A stretch of 64,000 nucleotides of DNA from Takakia lepidozioides (lineage: Eukaryota > Plantae > Bryophyta). How positions within the stretch are numbered: the first letter of the stretch is position 1; each line of letters starts with the position of its first letter. Below the pieces are notes generated by a model that saw only the letters and a program-made list of their open reading frames with translations, was not told where the DNA came from and searched no databases. A program made the translations under genes and the position numbers. Of this stretch, positions 37,033 to 47,992 are shown in pieces. The stretch spans positions 45,694,001-45,758,000 of the forward strand of contig CM060731.1 of assembly GCA_030704615.1 (NCBI GenBank). Reading direction: 5' to 3'.

Positions 37033-40000
37033 AAGACATCCTACACCACCAGATTGCGTCCCGGGATTGATTGGAGATATTTGTGGCGCATTCGTATGCC
37101 GGAAGTCCTCACATTTCAAAACTGAGCATACCGCAATTTTTGAGCTTAACCCAGAGGTGACAGATTGGGGAATCGTGCCTGTCGGTACACCTCCTGATCA
37201 CAAACTGTCTTTTCATTACAGAAGTCATGGAGTAATAACAGACTTAAAATACGTGGAAGCTCTCGATATAGAGCTTGAATCTGAAGAGGAAAACCCGATG
37301 ATTGGTTTTGTTCCTGCATGAGGATGCGAGAACCCCTAGGACGTTTGGTTTCAAAGTGGAGGTGGGTCGTCTGAACAAGTCCTTGATAAGTGAATGCATT
37401 GCAATGGGTTTTAGATTTCCAGACGAGGGCTCAATATTTACCGACGTAGGTTTGTCGAGGGCCTGGAGTATTTTTCTGGATCTTCTGCACGCAATGGGGA
37501 ATGACATTCGTAAGAAACGAGCACTAGAGGAAGCATCAAAGCCGAAGAGGGGAAAACGCAAGTCATCGACAGCCGGCAATGATGACAATGAGGCCGGGAC
37601 TTCCGCAGGAAAGAAGAAACAGAAGGAGGATCAGGATCCAGCATTGATGTCAGATAACAAGAGACCTAAAGCTGGGGAGTTCTTCGACAAAGAAAAATGC
37701 GAGAAGATGGAGGAGAGGCTCACGAAGGAATATGATGACGTATTTCCATTCGGATTCGAGAGTACCTTCCTTGTGAAGGTTTCCATGATGGAACTAGCTC
37801 CAATGAGCATGGTTTACAGGCCGTCAAATATCAAGCATAAGGACGAAGTGAAAGCGCGATTATTCCAACTTCATTTGTTCGACTCCAAACATCCGGTGTA
37901 TCTTGCACCAATCAATCCTTCCAATCCCGAGAAGATTACTTCATCGCGACCAAAGCAATGGAAGGAAATGGACGTATCCAGGTTCTTCGTCATTGGTGGA
38001 CAACACACCATCGTTGCAACAAAGGTAATGGACTTCACTTCCACCCAGACCTCTCTTTTAATGAACCTCCACTGGGCAGTGGAGGTTGGTGATCCCACGA
38101 AATTGGATATGTCCCTACCCTTTCAACTCTCTCATCCATTTTACATTAACTGTAGCAGGAACTTCTCGAGGATCTTGCCGATAGCGAACTGAAGGAGTAC
38201 TACCGGGAGTGGCCTGCGAAGATTGTATGGTCTACCGATGAACAAAGGCTCTTGAAGTTGTCAAAGCTCCTCAACGATCCCAATAAGGCGCAAAAGTTTG
38301 ATACAACAATGCCGGAGAAAGTTGCGCATGCGCGAATGTTATTCAATCTGAGGGGGAAGCCAAAGAAATACAACGATCACACCACCAAGTCCGAGACGAA
38401 ACAATGGAAGGTATGCATTTATGGAATGAAAATCTACTATTCACATTCATTTTATGCTAAATAATACTTCTGTCGTCGGAGTGACACCTAATTTTTCCGT
38501 GGATGAAAGTGCAGGAGTTCATGTTTGCCTGTCATTTGATACTTGAAATGGGTAGCATTTAGGAGGCAATGGTCCTGGTACTTTGCGACGACGACGTTTG
38601 GAAGATCTGGGAAGATGTTTTCAAAATCTGGGAGCGGGGAAAGCTACTCGACCCGCTTGGGATACAGTACAAGGGTGATCAGCAACAGCTCACGAAATCT
38701 GCTATTGCAAAGTTGCAAGGGTTGAACACATGGTAGCTGATAAAAGTTGCGTAGAAAATCCTGGACCTGAAATTGACCATTCAAGATTACAAAGGACAAA
38801 ACAAATCAATTCAAGGCATGAACAAAGTACATAGACGACATGAAAATGCGTCGGTTTATTGTCGACGATGTTATGGAAGTGTTGGGGTGGCGTCGGAGGA
38901 GCAAATAGTGCGCGGAACCATACACTAAGGACGAGTGGCGTGAAGTGAAGAAAAAATACCACTTCAACAAGGCAGAGTTCTCAACATTTAAAGACAAATT
39001 GGGGACGGATTACATCCAAAGCAAGATCAAGATGAACATGGAGACAAAACCACTCACGGCCGCTTTTGTTAAGTACATCTCCTCCATCAAGAAAGCTTAT
39101 GAGGATAGAGAGGATGCCATGGCGATTATTTCAGTGAGTTTCAAAACTCATTACGCTCTTATGGGGGGGGAAACAAAATTCACCGATGCCAAGTCCCGTC
39201 TGCGATTCGCACCGAAGAAACGGTTTGACAACATAGCGATGGTGTTCGTCAATACAATTTCTGAAGATGACTCTGTGGTATTTGAGTCCAAGGATTATGT
39301 GAACATACTGGAGGCTTTTTGTGGCTCAAAAAATGAACACAAGTGCTTTTGTTTTCTTCTCGATGCAACCGTCCTCGGCCAATCTGGTCTCCTACATCCA
39401 AAATGGTCCCGGAAGAACATCGTATCTTGTCCGGCAGGGATTTTATATTCCGGGGGAGTATGAAAATGTTTACAAAAACAGAATGAAGACTTTCTCTCGG
39501 ACTGTACTGTGCCTGGACTATGTTTTTCCAGTGACACCTGAGGAGATGCAGAATCCGGACGAGCACATCGCCACCGTACTCTTAATCGAGCCAATACAGC
39601 CGATTCTGGAAGGGCCTTTTGAGAAGCCATCAGCTTTTGAAGAAGAGTGCAGGACTTATAATCATGAGCTACGAGTTGACACATACGACTATTTGGCCTC
39701 CCTGTTTTGTCGAGATGGGATGTCAGCTGTCAACATCTTCGGAGGCGTGATGTTGACGTACGCCCTTCATGTAAGTGTAAAATCTTTTTGCATTTTAAAT
39801 ATGAATTTTACATTTTTGATCGAACACGTCCTCGGTTTTACTGACTGGGTTTATCTGCAGGCAAGAAACATTCGAGTGCTTGACATCAATCACTCAACCA
39901 AAAAAAAATTTTGCAAAGAAAAAGTTGAAGCGAATTTTAAGAAGCTTCAAATTGAGAATGACAATGTTGCTGAAGAGGTTGACGGCGGAGACAATGATGA

Positions 40001-40353
40001 GGATGAGGAGGAGGAAGATGAAGACTTGGAAGAAGGAGGCGGACATTCCAAACACGGAGAGGAGGACGAGGGCATCGATGGTAACGAGGACCTATAACGA
40101 GGGCCACGATAAAGACAATGCAGACCGTTGGGAGGCTGGACACCTAGATGTGATTCAGGACTTCAAAACTCAGACACAGGATGGTCTTGAGAACATCACG
40201 CAAGACGTTGCGATCCACAAGGTCGTGATTCTGGATGGGGATTCGTTGAGTTCAAGCGAGAGAACTAAGAGTAATCCTGCTTCACCCTCAAGGGGTGCGG
40301 AGGCGAGCTCAATCGAGGTGGGCGGCAATATTGTTGGGAGTGCAGAAGACTAG
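37033..40353 (+). pseudogene. Multi-exon gene: ParB/Srx-like domain, degenerate DNA-methyltransferase-like region, acidic tail
   Basis: FLVKVSMMELAP...YRP...HPVYL...FFVIGGQHTIVATK. Introns e.g. 38025-38158, ~38411-38514, ~39771-39860. ELRVDTYDYLASLFCRDGMSAVNIFGG...ARNIRVLDI. Several frameshifts. Confidence 0.6.
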
Positions 40354-41127
40354 TTCAAACCTGTAGAAGGGGACGAGCCGGCGCCAATGTCCCCGTCTCC
40401 CGCAAAAGAGAGGGTAGAGAGAGCGAGGACAAAGAGCCCGTGTCCCACAAAAGATAGCGGACACAGAGCAAGGACTAAGAGTCCGTCTCCCGCAAAACGG
40501 GACAGTGGTGACAGAGCCAGGACTAAAAGCCCGTCTTCCGGAAAAAACAGCGGAGGCAGAGGCCGAACTCAGAGCCCAACTTACTCTCAAAGTGTCTCCC
40601 AGCATGTCAATTTGGATGTAGGTAACGAATGACACCTGGAGATTTATGTATTATAAATGGAACAAATTGTGTGGGTATTGCATATGGTTGTGTTCTGGTT
40701 GTATTTTTGCCAATATCTAATCTGTATCTTGATATTTCCCATCTTCTTCAACATTACATGTGACTGACGGTTACGAAAACTCGTATAGATCCATGAACGG
40801 AAATTGGAGGAAATCACACAAACCCGGACATAATCCATCGCGACTCAAACAGTGAGGAGGCAGGTGGACTTAACAATAAGGGTCAGCCCACCTGATCCGG
40901 TCATACAAACAACCTCCACTGCCCAGTCGACTTTGCGAGATGGAGGAGATGAGTCGGATACGGTTGTTGCTCAGCGCGAAGGAAAAGAGTGCAAGCAGCC
41001 ACAACAGCAAATTCGGAATCCCTCCCCGAAACGGGTACACACTTCATAACCATCTTAGCTATGTTCTTCTTTTTCCTTCTTCTAGTTTTCATAATAAATT
41101 AATTGTTTTGTTATTCCACAGGATGAT

Positions 41128-42327
41128 ATGATTCACCCTCCAATCGACTATCACAAATCTGTGAACCCACAAGATTGGTATCGCCTCTCTGAGGGACCGA
41201 AAGGATCTCGACCAGGATACTACGTCTTGGTTCTTGACGTCGGTTACCTTGGTGAGGTTTACATCCGAGATGGCCCGAGATCCCCTCCTGCAACCCATCC
41301 TTGTGTGTGCGCTGGAAAATTCAAGCTTGCAGTCCGAAATGGGTTGGACGACTTCCTGAAATGGGTCCTTAAGCATTTTAAGAACACTGGACCGTTAGAA
41401 AATGTCCTGGATATAGAGTTGGCTTTGTTTGGAAGAAGGTTTTATAAGGTGAGGGAATTCAGCAATGAGAACTGCGTGAAGCATAGACAGACTTTTAGTG
41501 ACGAATGGCCCAAATATCCGAGAGCGCCAATATATCTTAAACGTCTCTACGACCTTTTCACTGTAGACGACACTGTAGCGTACAAATCAAACACACTTCT
41601 TATCGACACTGTAGAAAATATGTATAAGTCCTACTTGAACCCAAAGTCGATGGGTATCTTCCTCCCAAAATATAAAGCGCTCGTCGACCCATACAAGGAC
41701 AAGTTTCTTTTGGATGAACTCAAACCGCACCTGGAAGAGTTGCGGTTATCTAGAAAAGACGCTGATATATTCAACGTGGAAAAACCCATAGGATGTCGAC
41801 CGTATAATGACTCAAAGGTCAAATGCCTTGACCTTGTAAGTTCGTTTCTGCAGGTTCATGGAGATGCTGCTGATGCCAACTTCTTGTCGGGACCTCCATT
41901 GGAATCCTCCATACCAGAAACTCGTCGACATAGGGACAACATTCACACTACTGTTGAGATTTCTGTCATCGACGGTGAAGCATCATCCAGGCACTTGGCT
42001 TCCCTTCAATTGCACGACCCTCTTCTTCAGTCCATTCCTGAAAATGATGTTCTGTCACATGATTGTTTAGGATTGAATGTCGAAGATGGAAGCCAACTTG
42101 ACAAATGTGCAGGGGATTTTGTGGACCTCACTCTACAATCCTCACCCTCCATGTCAAGTGTCAAGGGTCTGAAATCTACCTCGAGAATGTCATTCATTGA
42201 GGACGCGACTGAGGCTGCGGCTCCGCAGCACACTGTTGCTTCTCTTCCCTCCTTCTCTCCCCAGCACGAAGGTTGGACAACCCGAATCAGAAGGAGTCAG
42301 GTAAAATTACTTATATCTGAATTCTAA
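41128..42327 (+). CDS. Degenerate NIF/FCP1-like HAD phosphatase domain protein (copy 1)
   Basis: VLVLDVGYL...VRNGLDDFLKWVLKHF...NTLLIDT...KSYLNP...IF. Confidence 0.55.
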   Translation: MIHPPIDYHKSVNPQDWYRLSEGPKGSRPGYYVLVLDVGYLGEVYIRDGPRSPPATHPCVCAGKFKLAVRNGLDDFLKWVLKHFKNTGPLENVLDIELALFGRRFYKVREFSNENCVKHRQTFSDEWPKYPRAPIYLKRLYDLFTVDDTVAYKSNTLLIDTVENMYKSYLNPKSMGIFLPKYKALVDPYKDKFLLDELKPHLEELRLSRKDADIFNVEKPIGCRPYNDSKVKCLDLVSSFLQVHGDAADANFLSGPPLESSIPETRRHRDNIHTTVEISVIDGEASSRHLASLQLHDPLLQSIPENDVLSHDCLGLNVEDGSQLDKCAGDFVDLTLQSSPSMSSVKGLKSTSRMSFIEDATEAAAPQHTVASLPSFSPQHEGWTTRIRRSQVKLLISEF

Positions 42328-43169
42328 CTCATCCTTTTGTTTTCCTTACTGCTGGGTCTGATGTTCTTGTTTGATTCCAGGCCAGAAAATCTGTGGATTG
42401 TGACATTCCTGTCAAACGACGTCTTCATTGGAAATCTGTTCCGAGGTAATCCCTTCGTTACGTGTGAATTCCATTCAAGATGTGGAGTGCTCAAGGAACA
42501 ATTTCCATTCCGTTCCCCTTCTCCGCAACCCTTTCGACGAGGACAAGGACGAAACTTCAATTGCAACTTCTCGGCTTCCCGACCCTGCAGTGTTGGCGCA
42601 ATGTTCTGCACCGAGGAAGCGGAATAGGGCCCCCAAACCATTTCCATCTCTTCTACAAATCGGTTCCACCGGAGAGAAGCTCTTTGTCAGAGACAAAGCA
42701 GACTCGAGGATGAAAATGAATACCTCGGACATACCGGGGTCTCGTCAAAACACGTCCGTTGGGATGCCAACCCCGCCAGCAAGACTTTCCAATAAGGCGA
42801 CATCGGTACTATTCGATATCATTTCTCCACTTTCTTCTCTTTTCTGTTCGTTTGGTTATGCACTAATTAACTCCATCTTTTCTCAACAGGCGGAATACCT
42901 TCATCAATTTCCCTCCATACAAGGTACTTTCTTGAACCTTCACTTGGCAGTCGACGTTCCTCTTCTTAGCAATATTAACCCTCCTCTTGAAACATTCCAA
43001 GCCCACAACATTGTGCAGGATTTTACCATTTTCTGCACAATCGTCTTGATCTTCCATATACTCAATCATTCTAGGTCATGGGTATTTTCATGGCAGAAAC
43101 ACTAATGTCAGTGTGTGATTAACCTGCTCAGGATAACTTTGTCTCTCATCCTTTACATGCAACAGCGGG

Positions 43170-43900
43170 GAAGAGGAAATGGATGTTGTTAATTTTGAGT
43201 ATCAACGGACTCTTCTGCTACCGGCCACCGGAGGTGAACTGTTTAAGGAGAAATTTCGTTTCAGGAATGTGACATTTCAAGTTCCTAACAGACCGTTTGT
43301 GGTGCCTCGGCCTGGAGTCTTGGAGTTTCTGGACCTTGCATTGAAGCATTTTCACGTGGCCATTTGGTCATGTGCTGATAGAGGTGTTCTTTGTAGGATG
43401 TTGGAGAGCTTCGTCCCTACGAAAATGTCGAAGAAGTTTTGCTTCATATGGTCTGCTGAGGATTGTAAGGATACCACCGGTTATATCAGGCTCGGGATGA
43501 AATATCTCGTGAAGGATATTCGAAGTATTATTGTCAGGTACCCTGGTAGACCGTTTGCTACGTAGGGGCAAATACTTCTTGTAGATGATGACCCATCAAA
43601 AGGCCTGCGAAACCCACAAAATACTGGATTCTTCCCTTTCTCATTCAAGCCTTCACCAAACGGATTGCATGACCGGGATGATATGACAAAATCGGTGTGG
43701 CCATATATATCGGAGATGGCTGGAGCTTCAACAATCGTTGATTACATTAGTGAGAACCGGGCAAAGTGTTCTCATAAGCCTATTGGTCGAGACCATGCCT
43801 GCTGGGCCTGGTATGGAAGAAATCTAGATCCTCGTGTTTGGATCCCACAACAAAAGGAACTTGATTACCTTGTTAGGCACGTGGATCCCACTATTCTGTT
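43170..43900 (+). pseudogene. NIF/FCP1-like HAD phosphatase domain (copy 2), catalytic Asp replaced
   Basis: LLILSINGLFCYR (alternative frame from ~43183), VPRPGVLEFL...FHVAIWS, FIWSAEDC, VKDI, ILLVDDDPSKGLRNP. One frameshift and one stop. Confidence 0.75.
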
Positions 43901-44819
43901 GTTTGTTCATAATTTGATTTTTCAATTCTTTTGCATTTGCATTTACCTCAACAAATCCATATGCAAAACTTCCACTTTGGGCCTAACTTTTGTCATTTCA
44001 ATCGCTTGTCCCCAGTTACATTCAAGGAACAAATTCTAAAAGAGGAACAAGAGCTGCGTGATTGAGAAGAATGGCAGGCGTGCCGGGAGGCTTCAAGGGC
44101 ATCAAGTAGAGTTGGCAGTAACATTTTCAGATGATAATGTCAGCCGGTTTCACCTTCCTGAAAGTATCTCCGTGTCCTCTGGTGCGGAGATCGTTGCAAG
44201 TGGCTGTGGTAACCGATGGCGTCTTCGGACACATGCCTTGACTGCAAGCTGTTTGGGAGGAGGCTCAGTATTATTAATGAGTTAGTATAAGCCGTAACGG
44301 TTCTATGGCTTCAGAATCTATGGCTGGTATGGCATTAAGTCCATGAACGGATGGACAGTTGATGTTCATTTTTCTGTTGGTCCATCGCCTTGAATGATAT
44401 AATCTCAAATAAAATATGAATGTTTCATATCATCAATCAGGTCCCGACAGACTCGTTTTTCCATGTTGTCATCTTCATCACATGCCATCATTGTTTCATA
44501 TTTGGTTCTGCCATTGTTCCATGTTTGTTTGTGTATGTCATTTTGGATATCGGAGCTCTCATCATTGTTTGATTCATTGCATCCTCCCATTCCTTTTAAT
44601 GAACGTCAACTTGGCAGTGGATGTTCATCTAAGACCACAATACATACTTGTATTTTTGCGTAGAATGTGTGGAGGATTATATAATTCGTTGTTATATAAT
44701 ACACAAATAGTCAAATAATTGTAGATATATATCTTTATTTCTATTATAGATTATAATTATTCATACATCTTGTATTATTTCTGGACCAAACAAAAGTCCA
44801 AAATTAGTTAAAATAGAGT

Positions 44820-47800
44820 TCCAAGCCTTACTTATAGTAGTAGTTCCAATTCTATATTGTATCTGCTTCTCTCTGTAGTCCAATAGGCATTCATCTTTTT
44901 GTCTCTTGCAGCTGATAATGACAGCTAGATTTGTTCTAGGAAACACTCAACTCAGCTTATTACACTAGTTCCTATATTGAATTGCGTCTGCTACTCTTCT
45001 GTATCAAGCATTCACCTTTTTGCCTCGGTGTCCCAGCATTGACTTGGGTCATAAAAGTATTCATCCACAGCTTCTCCTTATCTGTGTTACGTGTTTTTGG
45101 ATACTTTCATGTTGTCACAGCGGCAGTATCATGTCTCCAGCCCTAAAGTTGAGCTGCAGTGTGAAATAAGAAAGATGAGAGACAATTCCAATGAAGGCAA
45201 ACTTGTGACTCTCCTCACCAAAACAGAGTCCCTCCTTATCTTGACTATTTGCAGCAGCAATCAGCTTGTCAGTCAGTAGTTACCCCTTCTTATCTAAGTG
45301 TGCATCCCACAAACAAATTAAGACCTTAGCTTGCACTCAGGCACCCATTGATAAGTTTCCAGGGCCCTATACTCTCTCAGTCTGATAACCCAACATCAAG
45401 CAAGAGAATCTCTACTGCAACTATATGTAAAGCAGGAACAACCATCAGATTGTAAAGTATTCACCAAATGCATCCCACTACTTGGTGCATGCTGGTGCTG
45501 TACTAGACCCTAACTCTTGACAGATAGAGCCCTCATTCCCAATCCATGATACTATCTAGCAACTCCCTCTTATCTCTACCCTACATCAAGTTCTCTGCAG
45601 ATCTGATTGCCATGAAAACCCCAATGCAAAGTTGATCCCAGACTCACAATGCTGGAACCAGAATATGAAAAGCAAGCTCAAGACAACACACTCTATGACT
45701 GAGGGATTGGAGAATTGAATCCCCTTAGTCAACATACCAATCTACACTTCCATCACCTCCCTTTCTCTCTACATCTCCCTGGTTTGAAGTTCAGACAATC
45801 CCTCTATTCCATTTTTCAAAAATTTATCATCTCCCTCATGCTAACTTGAGAGCATCAACCGGAAATTTCAACAACATCTATCCTAAGTAAAAAGAAAAAA
45901 AAGCCTCCAAATCATCGCACTTAGCTGTTCTTATATCCTCCCTTAAGCGGTGGATGTCTATCTGTCGGTTCATCCCCCTTCCTCGCTTCTGCTGCCAGCT
46001 CGATCTCATCTGCCGTTGTCACTGCCATACTGACGCACCCAGAAAGACATCATACATTACTCTATGGTGCTAAAATCTTTCACAACCGCCTCAGCAGTCC
46101 GTCATAAATTCAACAACTCGATAGGCCCTAATTTCCACGATCAGCAGCACGGATCACCACACCGCCAGTCCTTTCTGCCCCTTCCTTCATCACCACTACT
46201 ATTTACATGCCTAAACTATAATCAAAACCAGGTAGAAACATGTTACCCAAATCTGATCGTCATAAACAGGCTGGTATCGCTCAGCCGTCATGCCCGCCAG
46301 TACTCCATCGTTGCCATAGCTCTTGGCAACACCACACACTTAGGTTATCGTGCTTCCTTTTCCTTTCTTATCTCCTGCTGGTTGCAGCCCGATTTACCAG
46401 GCTGCCATTGCCTTCTGCCCTCATCTCCTTCATCACTACCTCTAATCAGAGGCCTACAGCAAGATAAGCAAAAAAAACACAGAGAATTTGTTCTGTTTTG
46501 TCATAAACAGATTGTCTTGCTCGGCATATTCACTTGCCTACGAACCCTATCTTACAGGTGATCCGATTCATTACCCACTCTGCTCCTCCTTTGAGGTCAT
46601 CTCTATCAAGTAAGAATCATAAAGCCATGCGGCACCGCTTCCCTTCACCTATACTTGCACACCAAACCACGTGGTCTCCCCCGTAACTTGATCTTTCTGA
46701 AACAGATCATCATAAAGAAAGAGGCAGCACCGCCTGCAGCTGCATACCCTACCAAACATCGTCCCTTAACTGACTGCTGCACCGCATGCCACGACGTTCT
46801 CCCCGTAAGGTAATCTCCCAGAAATTGATCATTACCAAGATGATGACGGTACCATTAACACAGAGTTGAATTTGCTCTTTGTGTCCCGGCCTACTCTCCC
46901 TGCTCATTCCATTGCCCGCAGCAGAATCCACTAAGTGTTTTCCTGCCTACGCTCCCTGCTACACACTCTTGCTCATTCTTCTACTCATAGCACCCCGTAG
47001 GGCATTCCCCGCCATCGCGCATAGATGAAGTTCATTCATCTCTTGGATGAAAAACACACCTGGCCATACGTTCATCCTCATGGATGATAAATCATGGATG
47101 GATGAAAATCGCAGGTACTTAGGCTATATCCTGGTCGAGCGTTCCAACGTTCCCATGATGTTCCTAGAACATGGATAAACTTCATTCATCCGGTGGATGA
47201 AAAATCCATTGTTTCATAGATTACCCACTTCCTTCTAGGCAAAAATCCTTTTCTCAACTCTTGAAATAACCTGGAAAGTATGGAAGTACTCCGCCATCGT
47301 TGGGATGATAGATCAGGGAGAAAATCTGTCCATTCAATGGATGAAATAAACTCACAGGGATAGCTCAACTTCCTTCCCATTGGTATCAGAGCCCCTGTCT
47401 TGTAGAAATGCAGAATCTGAACAAGTAACAACAAAAATTTCAATGTCACTCCCCTGCATTCACACAACACTGTGTTCACGGCTGAACGTGGGCAACCCTA
47501 AAGCAATTTTTTGAATTTTTTAACTTTTTGCACTTTGTGTCATTCCATTGACACAAGTGCTTCGTTAAAGATAGATGGATGAGGTAATCCAATGGATGAA
47601 CCCATTTATGTATATGCCTTAATATGCCACGTGTAGTGATGTAGTCATATAAATAAAGTTGTGAAACCTCCTGTAGTCATCTAGTCATAAGCTTCTATGG
47701 CATGTCATCAATGTGTAGTATTGGTATAGTCATTTAGTCATAAGCTTATATGACACATGTCTGATGTGTAGTATTGTGTATGACTACTAGTTATATAACC

Positions 47801-47992
47801 CAAGCTTATATTCATGGTCAACAATGTTTGACCGCGGCTCCTAGTCATGTAGTAGAACATATGACTGCATTAGATTAAAATATATTAAAATACGCCCAAC
47901 AATGGGTTTCATCACCTCGTAGTCACATGTATAGTCATGGTTATCAAGGTTTATATCACCCGTAGTCATAAAAACGTTAATCTGTAGTATTG
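44820..47992. mobile_element. Remnant of a second, related CACTA element with PDF-motif exon fragments on the minus strand
   Basis: 44820-45135 is the reverse complement of sequence like 17050-18100. 47630-47992 has GTAGTCAT subterminal repeats ending in the degenerate TIR AGTCATAAAAACGTTAATCTGTAGTATTG. Confidence 0.6.

Larger units (their letters stand above)
29333..44625. repeat. Dispersed 24-bp palindrome AACCTCCACTG-NN-CAGTGGAGGTT, 12 copies
   Basis: Copies start at 29333, 31437, 32858, 33126, 33251, 35778, 35980, 36929, 38064, 40911, 42935 and 44602. Confidence 0.93.
28300..44700. mobile_element. Large (~16 kb) Sola-like DNA transposon with cargo genes; boundaries approximate, TIRs not identified
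   Basis: Sola-type transposase, divergent multi-exon cargo, and a 24-bp palindrome found only between 29333 and 44625. Confidence 0.65.

Noticed and set aside
45300-45900. Minus-strand hAT dimerisation-domain remnant
   Set aside because: Only a faint WDAFG-like motif amid many stops; too decayed to support.
47381-47393. tRNA-Met primer-binding site TGGTATCAGAGC
   Set aside because: No identifiable LTR pair or gag downstream; at most a small remnant.
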